Assembly (NCBI RefSeq): GCF_006345805.1
Contig: NC_043000.1
Coordinates: 37,200,001 to 37,264,000, forward strand
Source: Octopus sinensis
Lineage: Eukaryota
Length of the DNA stretch: 64,000 nucleotides
Direction: 5' to 3'
Shown: positions 36,361 to 49,226 of the stretch, one piece after another
Layout of the letters: each line of letters starts with the position of its first letter
Numbering within the stretch: position 1 is the stretch's first letter
Made by a program: the position numbers and the translations under genes
The notes under the pieces: generated by a model
What the model saw: the letters and a program-made list of their open reading frames with translations, nothing else
Database searches by the model: none
Told to the model about the DNA's origin: nothing

Positions 36361-39297
36361 TTGTAGCCTTACAGCACTAAGAAATGAATGTTTCCTACCA
36401 CAATAGACTTTACCTTTCACTCCATTGCCTGTTGATAAAATACCAGTCATGTGACAGGGTTGTTTCAATTATATGTATTTACGCCTTTCTATTTAGAGAT
36501 TAATTTTATGTTTATCTAAAAGATGTTGAAAATCACAGAGAAAGAAAGTAGCATTTATACAACACACACGCACACACACAAATGCATACATACATGTGCA
36601 CACACACACACGAAATATGTCTATGTTTCAAGCTGGAATGGGATGGGTGATTTGACAGGACCTTACATGTCCAAAGTGTGCATCATGCTCCAATGTTTGC
36701 CTTAGTATGGTTTCTCTGGGTGGATGCCCTTCCTAACACCAACTATTTTACAGAGTATACTGGATGCCTTTTTGTGGGACCAGTGCTAGTGAGATCACTA
36801 GGAGATGCTTTATATGTTTCTATGAAGTAAGAGAAAGTGAGAACAACATAGAAAACAAGGTGACAGAAAAGAGAGAGACAGAGTAAGAAAAAAAGACTGA
36901 CAGATTTACGAGATTTTGATACACTGTAGTTGTTTGTTGTTACTAAGACCAAGGTCAGCTGTGATCCAGCAGACCAATAACCAAAGATGCTGCAACCTTT
37001 GTTAACAGGCTTATTTGTTAAGCATAATATATCTAGAAATGTACTATCCAATAAGTTCTTTGTTTTTTAAGACAACAGGATGCAATTTGTGGGAGATTTG
37101 ACTGATATTTCTAGCAGTGCAAGAGACCATATACTTGTTGCAGCTTGGAGTATTATTTTTTTTAAATTATTTGTTCCACTTCTACCTGCCGGAACATTGT
37201 AACTTATTGCATTACAGCATGTAGTTCTTTATTCTAAAATTGACAATTTGAATTATTCCATTCATGAGGTAAATTCTTTTGATCTAAAATCACAGAGGTT
37301 GTGCAAAATAGTCAGTCTGTTGCCACTATTTTATAGCTAGCTAGCATTTCGATTTTTCTCTTGGTACCTTCTTGCATATTATGCCACTAATCTCTTTGCT
37401 TACCACTGACACATGAATATCACAAGTGCTCATTTCACTGAACAAACATCTTAGACATTATTGCCCATTATGTAAGAAATCGTTATTTTATATTAACTTA
37501 GCTTCCTAAATGGTAATTAGTTTTGCAAATCATTTAAAATCAATAATTGGATTTTTGTAATATTACCACTGTAATCTATTGTTACTGAACACCATGGTGG
37601 CTGATAGTAAATCCTGAAGCGAAACGTCAGACATTAAAGTCTAGCAAATACAGACTCTATTAAAATAGATACATAGGTTGATAGAGGAGTTCATATTTGT
37701 AGTAGTCAACATAAGTTTAGGGAGAAAAGCTTGTCAGAATTTTTTCATTTTTCTTTCACATCCATTTCTCTTGATGTGTTATCTTTTTTTATGAGAGTAA
37801 TCAGTTTTGCCCTAGGATGCCCTTTAAGCTGATAACCACAAAACAGAATAGTTGGGTTGGGCAAACTGGAGCAAAAAAAGGTTGTGTTTCACTCAGATGC
37901 ATAATGGGACGATAGGAAGATTGGAATTTATGAGAATGTGGTTAGTTGTATAACATCTTAGCGTCAAAGGCATTTTATTTCAAGCAAGTTATTCCTAAAA
38001 AATGGAAACCTCTCAAATGATTGGAATACATACAGTCCTTCTTGACTATTCAGCATGGTTACAATTAAGATGATGATGATAAAGGCACCTAGATGCTATT
38101 TTTTGAATATCTTGGACAGGTTGTCGTTTAGCCCCAGGTAAGGCCTGGTTAGGCAGGCCTATAATCAAAAGCAGTTCAGCAATGACCATCCTTCCTTTAT
38201 TTAAAGTATAAAATAGCCAAGACTGAATATAATCCTGGATACACTATGTCTCCTTCCATTTTAAAGAAGGTATGGTGTGATTTGAGGAAATTAGGCTGCT
38301 ATTTCAAACAGCTTGAGTGATAACATAGAATAGTGATCTCCTCATCACATTACGTAATGTATCCTTTCTTTTTTTTTTAAGACAGTACATTATTATTTGA
38401 AGGTGATTTGACAACTACTTCTAGCATATTGAACCATGTAGGAACTTTCTTGTACAATGTAGGCATGTATTTAAACAAATAAGATCAGTGTTAACAACAG
38501 ATGGCCACAGAATACACTTTTAGCAAATATTTAAGCTCAGTTTCTCATATTTGGGAATACCATTCCATCTAGTTGTTTAGCTCCGGTGAGAACATTTTAG
38601 AATCAAAGATGTGTCTAATGAAAGATATCCGGGGGTATAGTAACAACCACAACAACGCATTATCATGTTCTTATTAAATAAAAAAAAATCCACAATAAAC
38701 CACATTTATTTCAAAGAGTGTCAGAGACTAAGAAGTTCCCAGCGTGAAAAAAACAAAAAAACCAAAAAAAAAGCCTGAGTTCCTGTTCTTGCATAATTTA
38801 TTGGAAAAATATCTAATTTCTCCTTCCATAAAATATCCAAATAACTGTAATTAGGTACTGTGTGGAAATGCAGTTTATTGATGTAAATGGTGCAGAGTAG
38901 TGTGTAAGAGATAATGATAATATTGAGTTCAAATCTTTAGCTTGATGTAGAGAAATGAGTAACTAATGTGATTATTAAGCACCAAGACATTTTGAAATCA
39001 GTGGCTAGAATGCCAGCAGTTCCATATGACAGCAAACTTGTTCATGTAAAATGGCACACATCAGAATATATGAAGATCTTTTACATATGGGCTGAGGAAA
39101 ACATATTCAGTGGGAAATATTCTAGTTTAGACCCAGGTCGAACTGATGAAAGTGACCAATGACCAAAAGCATTCCAGCTGTGAGCATCTCATCTTTTTGT
39201 GCCTGCTTAAGATAAGTTATGATTTGAAAAGATTTAAGTTCTTAATTTTACCAAGTTAAGCAACCCCATAAAAATTCCCTGCTTTACTTGAATGTGG

Positions 39298-39520
39298 TGA
39301 TTGACAGCAATGTGAAGAAGTAGGTGTCACTTTAGTTGTATAATTACTGTCGATAGATAAGGTCATTGGTGATTGTCTTTTGATTAACAGCAATGACAAG
39401 AAGTAGGTGTCACTTTAGTTGTATTTACAGTAAACAGATAGTATCATTAGTGAGCATCTTTTGATTGACAATAACATAACAAAGTAGGTGTCACTTCAGC
39501 TGTATTTATTGCAGAAAGAT
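39298..39520. repeat. Diverged ~82-bp tandem repeat, ~2.7 copies
   Basis: Units start at 39298, 39381, 39462; invariant core aagtaggtgtcactt. Confidence 0.9.
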
Positions 39521-40804
39521 CATGCCACTGAAATGTTCAAGGCTCACAAGGGTTTCTGTTGTTATGTCACTACAAATGCTAAACGTCACAATTTCTGATG
39601 GTCTTTTACAATGACCCAGCACATACAACATTGCCTAAACTATGTCATGAAAACTGCGATTCTTCTTTAGAATCTTCTTGTCAATCTTACAACATCTCAC
39701 CATCAAGGTCCACATCAAACACTTTGTCTAGTACCTTCTCACCAGAACTACAAATCCCTAGAGTTCAACTTCCATTGACATACAGATGTATCAACTCAAT
39801 GTTGACACATTAACCACCTCACCAGCTTGAAAGAAGCTCAAAAGAACATATATGCGGCCCCTTCCCCTCAGATTTATTAGAATAACATTAGTATCATTAC
39901 AACTATATCATTCTTATGAGAAGTTAATATAATAAGAAGAAGCTATTTAGTTATTTTAACATGTTCTTATCTTCATATAAAACTGAAATGTAATTTCTAA
40001 CACTAAATTGTATGTTTATTCCAGAGAAACTGCCTCAGACTACTGGCAGGTTTCTTCAACATTTTTATCTCTTTCAATGACTCTGTCTTATCATTTCAAG
40101 CCTGTGGCTTAATCTTCACTATCATTTTTGTACAATGTCCAAATAATAATGGTTTTTATCCATTTATTTACTTATTTATTTCGTATCACTTTCTTTCATC
40201 TGACAAAGTGCTGAAATCAAACAGTTCCACCAAGTTACAAAACTTTGTTGATAGAATTTTAGTAGGTTGTGATTAAAGAGTTCTAATATGGTAATGGAAC
40301 TTTCACCAATAGACAGTGGTTTTAATAAAGTTTTAGTTTTTAGAGGGCAAGGACATTTTTATTTTTCATACTTGAAAACATTGTGGTAGATATTATTACT
40401 AAATAATAGTTTGTTCAAAATCTGATGATGTTGTTGTCATTGTTTAAACCAGTCAGCAGATTTCTTTATATCTTGAACAATGTTCCAGGAGTCCCTTTCC
40501 TTTTACAAGAAATTAGGGTGTGATTTGAAGGCATTTGATGACTATTTGATGACTATTTCTAGGAGAAAATATAAAAAGAGAGAGGAGAGAAGAAAGAAGA
40601 GAAAGGAAGAGGGAAATATGAAGAGTGAAGGGACAAAAGATGATTGAAAATAGAGAGTTGAGAAAGAGAGAAAAAAAGGGTCATAGTTGGAGGATGTGTG
40701 AGAGAATAGGGAAATATAAACTCTAACCTGAGAGAGAGAGAGATATAAGTGATAAGTATACAACAAATATGTGTGCGTCTATGTATATCTATCTATCTAT
40801 CTAT

Positions 40805-40842
<38 letters not shown>

Positions 40843-40846
<4 letters not shown>

Positions 40847-41425
40847 GGTCACCACATAATTTTAAATTTACAGTAAAACTCAAAGCAATCCAATGGAGCT
40901 ACACTAAGAAAATTGTATCAATGCAATATATCAGCTATTGGGAAAGACCAAAAGAATTAAAACTCTTCTCCCTAGAACAAAGGCTTGAAAGATATGCAGT
41001 GATATACATCAGGAAAATCCTAGAAGGCCTTGTACCAAACTTTGGTATTAAAAGTTACTGAAACAGCAGAATGGGGTGCTACTGCATAGTTCCAGAGATT
41101 CCAGCATCACCATAAAGATACAGGACCAGATATTGCAACAGCTTGGGTTTCAAGGGCGCTTCAATATCCTTCCAAAATGCCTGAGAGACCTGCATGGTGT
41201 GGATGTAAGTGTCTTTAAAACAAAACTGGATCTCTTCCTGTCAAGGGTTCCAGACAAGCCTGCCTCATGGCAGGAAACACAAATGAGGGCAGCGGTATCA
41301 AACTCCCTCACTGACCAAACGCTACATATCAGAGGAGGTTTCAAATAATAGTGTAGCACAGTTAAGGGTGGTGCCCCAGCATGACCGCAGCTTTGCAGCT
41401 TAAACATTTTAAAGATTTAAAGGCA
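40843..41425 (+). mobile_element. CR1/L2-group LINE 3' end (RT C-terminus plus tail)
   Basis: LWSPH..LKAIQWSYTKKI..SYWERPKELKLFSLEQRLERYAVIYIRKILEGLVPNFG, then FNILPKCLRDLHGVDVSVFKTKLDLFLSRVPDKP; stops and frameshifts present. Confidence 0.9.
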
Positions 41426-42168
41426 AAGATTTATACACACACACACATATACGTATACATACACACATAGACACAATGAGATATACTTATATATAAAGAA
41501 AGGAATATAGAAGTTATGAGTGGAGGTTCCAAAGACAGACAGACAGATGGCGACTTTTCAAGTTTGTATATTGTGATATTATCACAACATATCTCATTAA
41601 TCTGTTCACACATGATATTATTGGTGTGTGTCTCAGGTTGGTGAGACAATTTCTGGGGATGGGAAATGAAGTGCAATGTGTGGGACAGTGGCAGGGTTGG
41701 AGAGGAGATACAAGATGGTACAGGAAACAAAAGGTTGAAACAGGTGAGGGTAGTGGAAGGAGGAACGTTATTTTTGTTTTTCTTCGTGTGGGCTTCTTTG
41801 CTTTTATCTTTGATTTTATCTTTCATTTAGTTGTCTTTGAGTTTCAAAATTTAGTTTCACAACCATGTTGTTTATGATCAAACACATTTTGTGGAAAAAA
41901 ACCCCCATCTTTTTCTTTACTTCATAAAAATATGTAACAAATAACATCGTGTATGAAGATATTGATATAACTGTTGAAGATTATGATGATGAAAATAATG
42001 ATGAATTTAATGATGAATGAGAAGATAATGTTAACAGTGATCATAAAGATAATGACTTCTTTTATTGGTCAAAAAGTTGGGGACAGTACAAAGGTGAAAT
42101 AAACAAGAAATGTTAGGTGAGTGGGTTATATTGTTGAGTAAAAGGGCAAGATTAACAAAACATTCATT

Positions 42169-43622
42169 AATAATTAATTAACAAATAACAATAACTGTAA
42201 AATAATGCATAGAGCTACAAAATAACAAGAATGGAACATGAAGGAGGAAGCAACCACATATAGTAACCTGAGACAACACCCAAGAACAATCCTGAATTAC
42301 CCTGCTATATCAAAGACAAATTCCTTCTTTGAGTTTTTAGAGTTAAATTACAGTCACAGAGTTAGTGTCAGTGCATTTAGCCACATCTGCCCACCTTTCA
42401 TAAAATTTACTGGAATGAAGTAACCCCATCTTTATTTTTTGACTTCTTCTCAAGTGATGCTTACAAAGCTTAATAAAAGGGAAAAGCTCTGCCCTTGAGC
42501 CTTTCAGTGGCCTCCACTAGAAAACTTTCTGCACCATTAACATATACTTTCATTTCCTCACCAAAGGTAGTAAGTTGATTTTTACAACAGTCTCTGTTGA
42601 TAGCCAGATCAATCCTACATGTAATAACTGTTTCTCATAAACCCACAAATCACCAATGCAGAAACAGTTCTCCAGAAGAAACTATTTCCATTCTCCTTCT
42701 TGATGTCCAGAATCACACTTGGTCATTATTATTCATACCATCTACAGACACTCTTATATAGGGTGAGTATTGACAGTTCACTGGCTGCATTGTCAAGCTA
42801 GTAGAATGCAGTGAGTGCTACTAATATTCCAGATGCCAAATACCAAATTTTGGTCAGTGCTTGACTGAAAACTGCAACTTGAACAAAAAGACAAACTGCA
42901 GAAACACATGTTACACAAACAGGGACTACACTTGTTCACTATCACCCCTGCAAAAGTTCCAAGCTAATCACAAGCATGCACATTAGCTATAGCATCTTAA
43001 AGCACACAGGAGTGGACACTGGTAATAAATAAACCTTCCACAAGAAGTTAAAATAGTATATATTCTAAACTAGCCAGATAGCTCCTAAGACAAGGTACAA
43101 CAGCCAGGAGGCAGTACATCACCATAGCAATGTAGGCATTGACCAATTCTACCCAAAACTTTCAAGCACAAATTTATTTCACCCTATTTCTGAGTAGGGC
43201 TGGTCACTCTGCTTCTAAACTAGTCTAGTTTTTCTTTCACTTGGAGGTCTGATCCAAACCAGAATCCAAACACATTAACAGTGCCCTTAGTTCAGCAATA
43301 GAAGCTGCCTTCTTGAACAGAGAATGCTAATGATGTACAGTGAGGTGAAGGTCATTGTGGATTCATCTGCCAGGGATCAAACATGCTTGTGCATTTCTGA
43401 CTATGATTTCAATGACAAGAACTAACCTTTGGCAAATCTTTAACTGTACTCAGCAGAGTCATGGATATCTGTCATGGATATGAGACACTCATAACTCTAA
43501 ATGAGCCTAAATAATTCATTAACAAATAACAATAACTATAAAATAATGCATAGGAGTACAAAATAACAAGAATGGGACAAGAGGGAGGAAGCAACCACAT
43601 AGAGTAATCTGAGGCAACACCC
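42169..43622. repeat. ~113-bp direct repeats enclosing ~1.2 kb of unique sequence
   Basis: 42169-42281 and 43510-43622 align without gaps at roughly 90% identity by eye. Confidence 0.85.
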
Positions 43623-43754
43623 TAAAAGTCTATATTCACAATATATATATAAATATATATAGAAAAAAGTCTAATCTCTAGCATGTGTGCACACACACAC
43701 ACACAAAAGAGAAAGAAACTATAATTATTAATGCTGTTATATTTTGGTTCTTAA

Positions 43755-43900
43755 TGCTTTAAGTTCAAATCCTGCTGGTGTCAGCAATGCTTGTCATCTT
43801 TCTATGGTTTACAAAAGAAAATACCAGTCAAGCACTGAGGTTGATATAATCAATTATGCCTCTCCCTCAAACTTTCAGGCCTCATATCTATATAAGAAAA
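43755..43900 (+). mobile_element. SINE family A, 5'-truncated and degraded
   Basis: aagttcaaatcctgctgg...accagtcaagcactgaggttgat...tttcaggcctc. Confidence 0.7.
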
Positions 43901-45134
43901 GTTATTATTATTAGTAGTAGTAGTATCATTATTATTGCTGAAACAATAAGCTTTGAAAAGTATTTCCATTACAGATGAATAAGTTCATTAGGCATTTTTC
44001 CTTTCCAATGAGAATACAGCAGCTTATTTTATAGACAGATTTGCCTCAGGGAACCAGTTACAATGATTGGTTTTGTTGCTTATGATAACTAAAGAATTAA
44101 TCAAGTGGACAGGCCATTCAGGCAGGAAGAACACATAACTCTTTGAAAGGAGAAATTGTGGATTTTAAAAGAAATTAAGCATTGTTGCCTTCCTTACCCT
44201 TTGGTTCTTGTTACATAAAACTCAACAGTTCTGCTTTAATAGTTTACAAAGCAATATTGCTCGATTGCAACTGTTTGGCTTACACACAAACACACAGCAT
44301 ATTCACGATGGGTTTCTGAACAGTTTCCATCAAGTGAATTTCATTCATAAAGTATTAGAGAACTTAGACTTTGAAAACACTTGTCCAAATTACTGTATAA
44401 TGGAAGTAAACCGGGAACCAAGTGGCAGCAAAGCAAACTTCTTAACTACACTTACACACCACCACCATCATTTTTACATCCATTTTTATGCTGGTATTGG
44501 TTAGATGAAATTTGTGTCTGATTTCCTATAGACAGATGCTCTTCCTGTCACCAACTGAAGCTTGTTTTTCAAGTGAAGTATTTATACTTCACTGATTCTT
44601 CCATGTTGAAACTGATGAAGCAACTGAAACTACAAAAATTCAGTTTACATGAAAATGTTAACAATGTTACCATTTTCGCTCAGCAGTAATGAAAATATGG
44701 AATCCACACATGACAAGCTTTCTCACAGTTTCCATACAACAATTTTACTCACAAGTTATTGGCCAATCCAAGACTGCAATAGAGGTACACAATTTATAAT
44801 TATAGGTAATTACTATGAGTTGAGGATGTCTACTGAATTTAACTACAATAAATTTGTACAAGTCGGTGGGGACCAGTGTGGTATTATTGAGCCCTATCAC
44901 AGACCAGACATTTGTTGACTTATAAAGATGAAGTGCTGTATGACATTTAGTACTGATTTCTACACTCATTCTTAATGTTGAAAATTGTTGATACAAACCT
45001 ATTTGAAAACACCCCTGGTTCTATGACAAACTGTTTATTTTAAAGTGATCTAAATTACAAAATGCTAAGAATGTACTTCTGTATATTAAGAATGTAGTTC
45101 AACATCTAAGAATGTCGTTCTGCATACAATCATG

Positions 45135-45428
45135 TCATCATCATCATCATCATCGTTTAACGTCCGTTTTCCATGATAGCATGGGTTGGATGGTTTGACC
45201 AGGTTCTGGGAAGCCAGGAGGCTGCACCAGGCTCCAGTCTGATCTGGCAGTGTTTCCACAGCTGGATGCCCTTCCTAACGTCAACCACTCCATGAGTGTA
45301 GTGAGTGCTTTTTACGTGCCACTGGCACAGAGGCCAGAGGAGGCTGGCAAACGGCCACGATTGGTTAGTTCTTTTATGTGTCACCAACATGGATGCCAGT
45401 CAGGCAGCGCTGGTATCTGCCACGATTC
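45135..45428 (-). mobile_element. Family C (RTE 3' UTR)
   Basis: (CAT)n cgtttaacgtccgttttccatg...ggatgcccttcctaacg; close reverse complement of 16366-16690. Confidence 0.9.
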
Positions 45429-46149
45429 CTAAAACGATCGGATTGGCACAGGCAGAATGAGTTTGATCATAGGTCTACTGGATCTGATTAGGCCTTAGTG
45501 CTAAACAACAGCAACAACCTAAAACTGATGAAGAGAGAAAATTTTAATAAGATGCAGTAGGGGAAGCAACATCCTTCATCTTTACAGGGCCCCTTCCTTA
45601 ACTGGAAATGTCATTGTAGTTTGTGGACCCATCACACGTCTCTTTCCTAACTGGGAATGTCAGTGTGGTTTGTCTTTAAGAAGACCAACATTTAGCATAA
45701 ATTTAATTTCTCTTTCCTAAATTCCAGGTCAAAATCTTACTGGGTTAAATTTTCGTCCAGGCAGATGATGATGATGATGATGATGGGACTAGAGCTGATT
45801 GCGCAAGCTATTACTTCTTACTTACAAATGTCTACCCATGTACCATTATATGAAATGTTCAGTATTATTATGGTAAACCTATATTGACAAAAACATTATC
45901 ATCGTTTATCATCACGTCAAAGTAATAATGATGTTCTCAGCTAACAATGCATTACTTTTAAAAGGCTCCAACAGAAATTGGAAATTGTTGGTATCTATGA
46001 CATGGATTTCTGTAGACAAGCCATAATTACTCCCATATGGAATGGTATGATGAGACAGTGAGAGTATTCCCATGTGTAGTTTATTTGCATTAATCTGGCA
46101 GCTACTTTCCAATTTGAGGAGCCAATTTGGAAGTTTCTTCATGCTTATA

Positions 46150-46300
46150 AATATATTGACAACTTGCTGGAGGATACTGACATGGAAGGGGTACAGGAGC
46201 TGAGGACCATTATGGAAGAACAAGTTGAATGGGGAGAACGTGTGGAAACAGTCTTGGGGCATCCTGAGGGGTGACCTAGATAGATAGATAGATAGATAGA
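46150..46300 (+). mobile_element. RTE-like LINE C-terminus with (TAGA)n tail
   Basis: YIDNLLEDTDMEGVQELRTIMEEQVEWGERV resembles the RTE end Y.D.L..DT....EL...M.DR..W. Confidence 0.55.
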
Positions 46301-46479
46301 TTCATGCTTATGTAGCATGCTAGAAATAACATCTCAGTAAAAGGAAGCTCATACTGGATAATGTAGTCCTGGATATAAAAAAAGACAGGATAGTTATGGT
46401 TGGAAACACTTTTGATCATAAGACCACAAGACCACTGCTTACCTGGAGGTATATTTTTTTCAACCAGGCTATCAGATGT

Positions 46480-46690
46480 TTACAATATGCTTCCATTCTT
46501 CTCGTGGTTGCACCCTTCTCTTCCATTTTGGCCCAAATTGTTTGACTATATCTTTCTATCATCTTGGATGCAACTCAACAACTGTATGGATCCACTTACT
46601 GTCTGTGAACCTTACAACATGTCTGACCTAGTTGAACTTGTGCTTTTAGTACTCTGCAAGCACATGGTTCAATCCATTCCATTCACAAAT
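46480..46690 (-). mobile_element. RTE LINE C-terminal fragment (another lineage)
   Basis: Minus strand ..RHVVRFTDSKWIHTVVELHPR / DIVKQFGPKWKRRVQPREEWK resembles GHV.R..D.RW...V.EW.PR. Confidence 0.6.
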
Positions 46691-46698
46691 TAAATTCA

Positions 46699-47115
46699 GG
46701 AACCCGTAGTAGAGGGAGACCCAGGAAGACATGGGATGAGGTGGTGAAGTATGGCCTTCAAACATCGGCTCTCACAGAAGCAATGACGAAAGACCGAGAC
46801 CTCTGGAATTATACTGTGATTGAGAAGACCTGGCAAGTAAAATGAGAGATCACAGCCGTAGCCTACACCAGTGTAACATAATCAGCCCATTTATAAAGTA
46901 CCTTTGAATCGTTAGGTGACATTCCATGCTTCAGGAGACCTATTGAGTCAAAATAAAAATCACAATCAAATGGAAATTGTAGTTGTGGCCAATGCCAGTG
47001 CCACCTGACTGGCTCTTGTGCTGGTGGCACACAATAAGCACCATACATGTGTAGGTCATTGCCAGTGCCACCTGACTGGCTCCCCGTGCCAGTGACATGT
47101 AAAAAGCACCATCGT
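46699..47115 (+). mobile_element. RTE LINE ORF end plus 3' UTR carrying family C tandem units
   Basis: GTRSRGRPRKTWDEVVKYGLQTSALTEAMTKDRDLWNYTVIEKTWQVK* (46699-46845), then gccagtgccacctgactggc...aaaaagcacc units. Confidence 0.85.
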
Positions 47116-49226
47116 CCATGTAATTATTGTTATCTTTATATAGCTCCACTACAATGGAGACATATAGTAACAACTACCAATCTACAGATCACTGTTGACT
47201 ATTTATCATCAGTTTGTCTTTAGAAATTGTGTTGTCATATAGGTTCCAATGAAAGAATTAGATACTGGGTTTTATAAGACAGTGTTTTCGGATATTGGCC
47301 ACTGTATAACATTAGTATTTGAGGTTAACTTAGCTGATATTTAAACTCAGAAACTAAAAACATCATAACATTTTGTTTTATTTGATAGCATTTTATTTTT
47401 TGTTAATTTTCCAGTAATTTTTATATAAACTATATTGCACATTATTTTTTGCTCCATGTCTCAACTTAATTGCAGATATGTTTAAATATATTTTATTTTA
47501 TAACTGGTTTTGTAAACAACAATGTTGTCAATAGAATTCCAACTGGTTAATAACTGGTTAATTGTATTTCCACTGATGAAAATGACAAGGAATTAATTGC
47601 CTGGACAACTTGCTTGGGAGCAAATATCATACAAGGATCTTTAATGAAAAACGTTTATCTGATTTTTGCTATCCTACATGACCAAAAGCCAGGCACACAC
47701 ATCATGTAATGACTTTCCATATAGTTTCTGTCCACCTAATCTACTGAGAAAATAATGGCCAACACCTAAGATTATGGTAGTTCATACTTGTTCTAAGTTC
47801 TGTGCAGTGGGATCAAATTTAGGGTTACGGTTATGGAATGAACCACACAGACATGTTATACCCATGTATATAAAAACACAAACATTTAAAAACTATATCT
47901 ACAAAGATAAATACAATTATTAATTTTCTATGGATAAGTTTGAGTGTATAAACATCCAACATAACACCAACTACTAAGTCTTCAAGTAGGAATAATGGTT
48001 TTTCTTTAATTTAACTGTAATTATTAAAAGTGAAAACACACAGACAGATATAGTCAACATAATTCTAATATAAAAGTCAGAAGCTTAAGCCCTTCACCAC
48101 ACAACATTATGAAACATAATATGTCTGTCAATTTCCCTTTACCATTGTTGCTTTTTATGAATTAGTCTGAGAAGCTTTGAAACTGTGGGAAGAAGTTATC
48201 ATAAGATTTGGGACCTGGCCTAAATACTAGCAACAGTCACCTGAGGGCCATGCTGGTGGTACCAAACCAGGCAATCTATCATCCAAAAATGAGAAAAATA
48301 TTTAATGTGATTTTACAGTTTCCATCAACCAAATTTTATTCAGAAGAATTTTAGTCAACCTGATGCTAAGGTAAAAGACTTTGGAGTTATGAAGCAAATT
48401 ACATTACCATACACTCATGCCTGCATCCATAATTATTATCTATAAAATGTTCTCTATCATTTTATCACCACATTTCAATCTGAACACTCTATCATTTTCT
48501 TTTTATGATTGTTATGTAGAATCATTCAACTAAGGTAGCAGTTGAATAATATTCTTAAGGTTGTAATTTACTCAATGCAGCACTTTTCAGAGCATGTTGC
48601 TAATTCAGTTCTGAACCAAAGTGAAAACTGTTAACATTTTTGAAGAGGACTGGTCCCTAGCTACATTTGGGCATAAAAAATTGAGATTTGATCCAGGAGA
48701 AAAAAGTTTACATCAAAATTTGTAGTAACGCCATCAATCAAGTTTAAATCTAAATAACTTTTTTATTTCGAAAGTAAAATATATCTATCTTAGCATCAAT
48801 GATAGAAGAAAGCATGAAGAATTTCATAATTTTGTTCCCATGCAACAAAAATTTCTATCAAAAAAGTTGTGAGGTAAAATATCATGAAAAAATTATAAGC
48901 CAAAAAATTGGATTTAAGTATAATTAACTTCCTTTATGTTAAGAACAAACTATTTTTTAATTAAGCTTAAATGATAGAGTTCAATTCAAGGAATTTCATG
49001 GTATCAATTTCATGCAATGAAGTTTTAAAAGAAGAAAAGTTATGTTTGTTTCTCAAATCTGAGGGTAATAATATAGTTCTATACTTTTTTATGAATATAG
49101 TTCTATAAGGAGACTTTTAATATCTGTCACTGGCGTCATTGAGGCAAGGAAAAAAATATCTATGACACAGCTAATTGACACATTATTAATTAGCATAATA
49201 GCATAGCCTGGAAAAAACATGGATTA

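Noticed and set aside
37601-37632. CTGATAG...CGAAACGTC hammerhead-like string
   Set aside because: No stem II or stem I pairing; core mismatch
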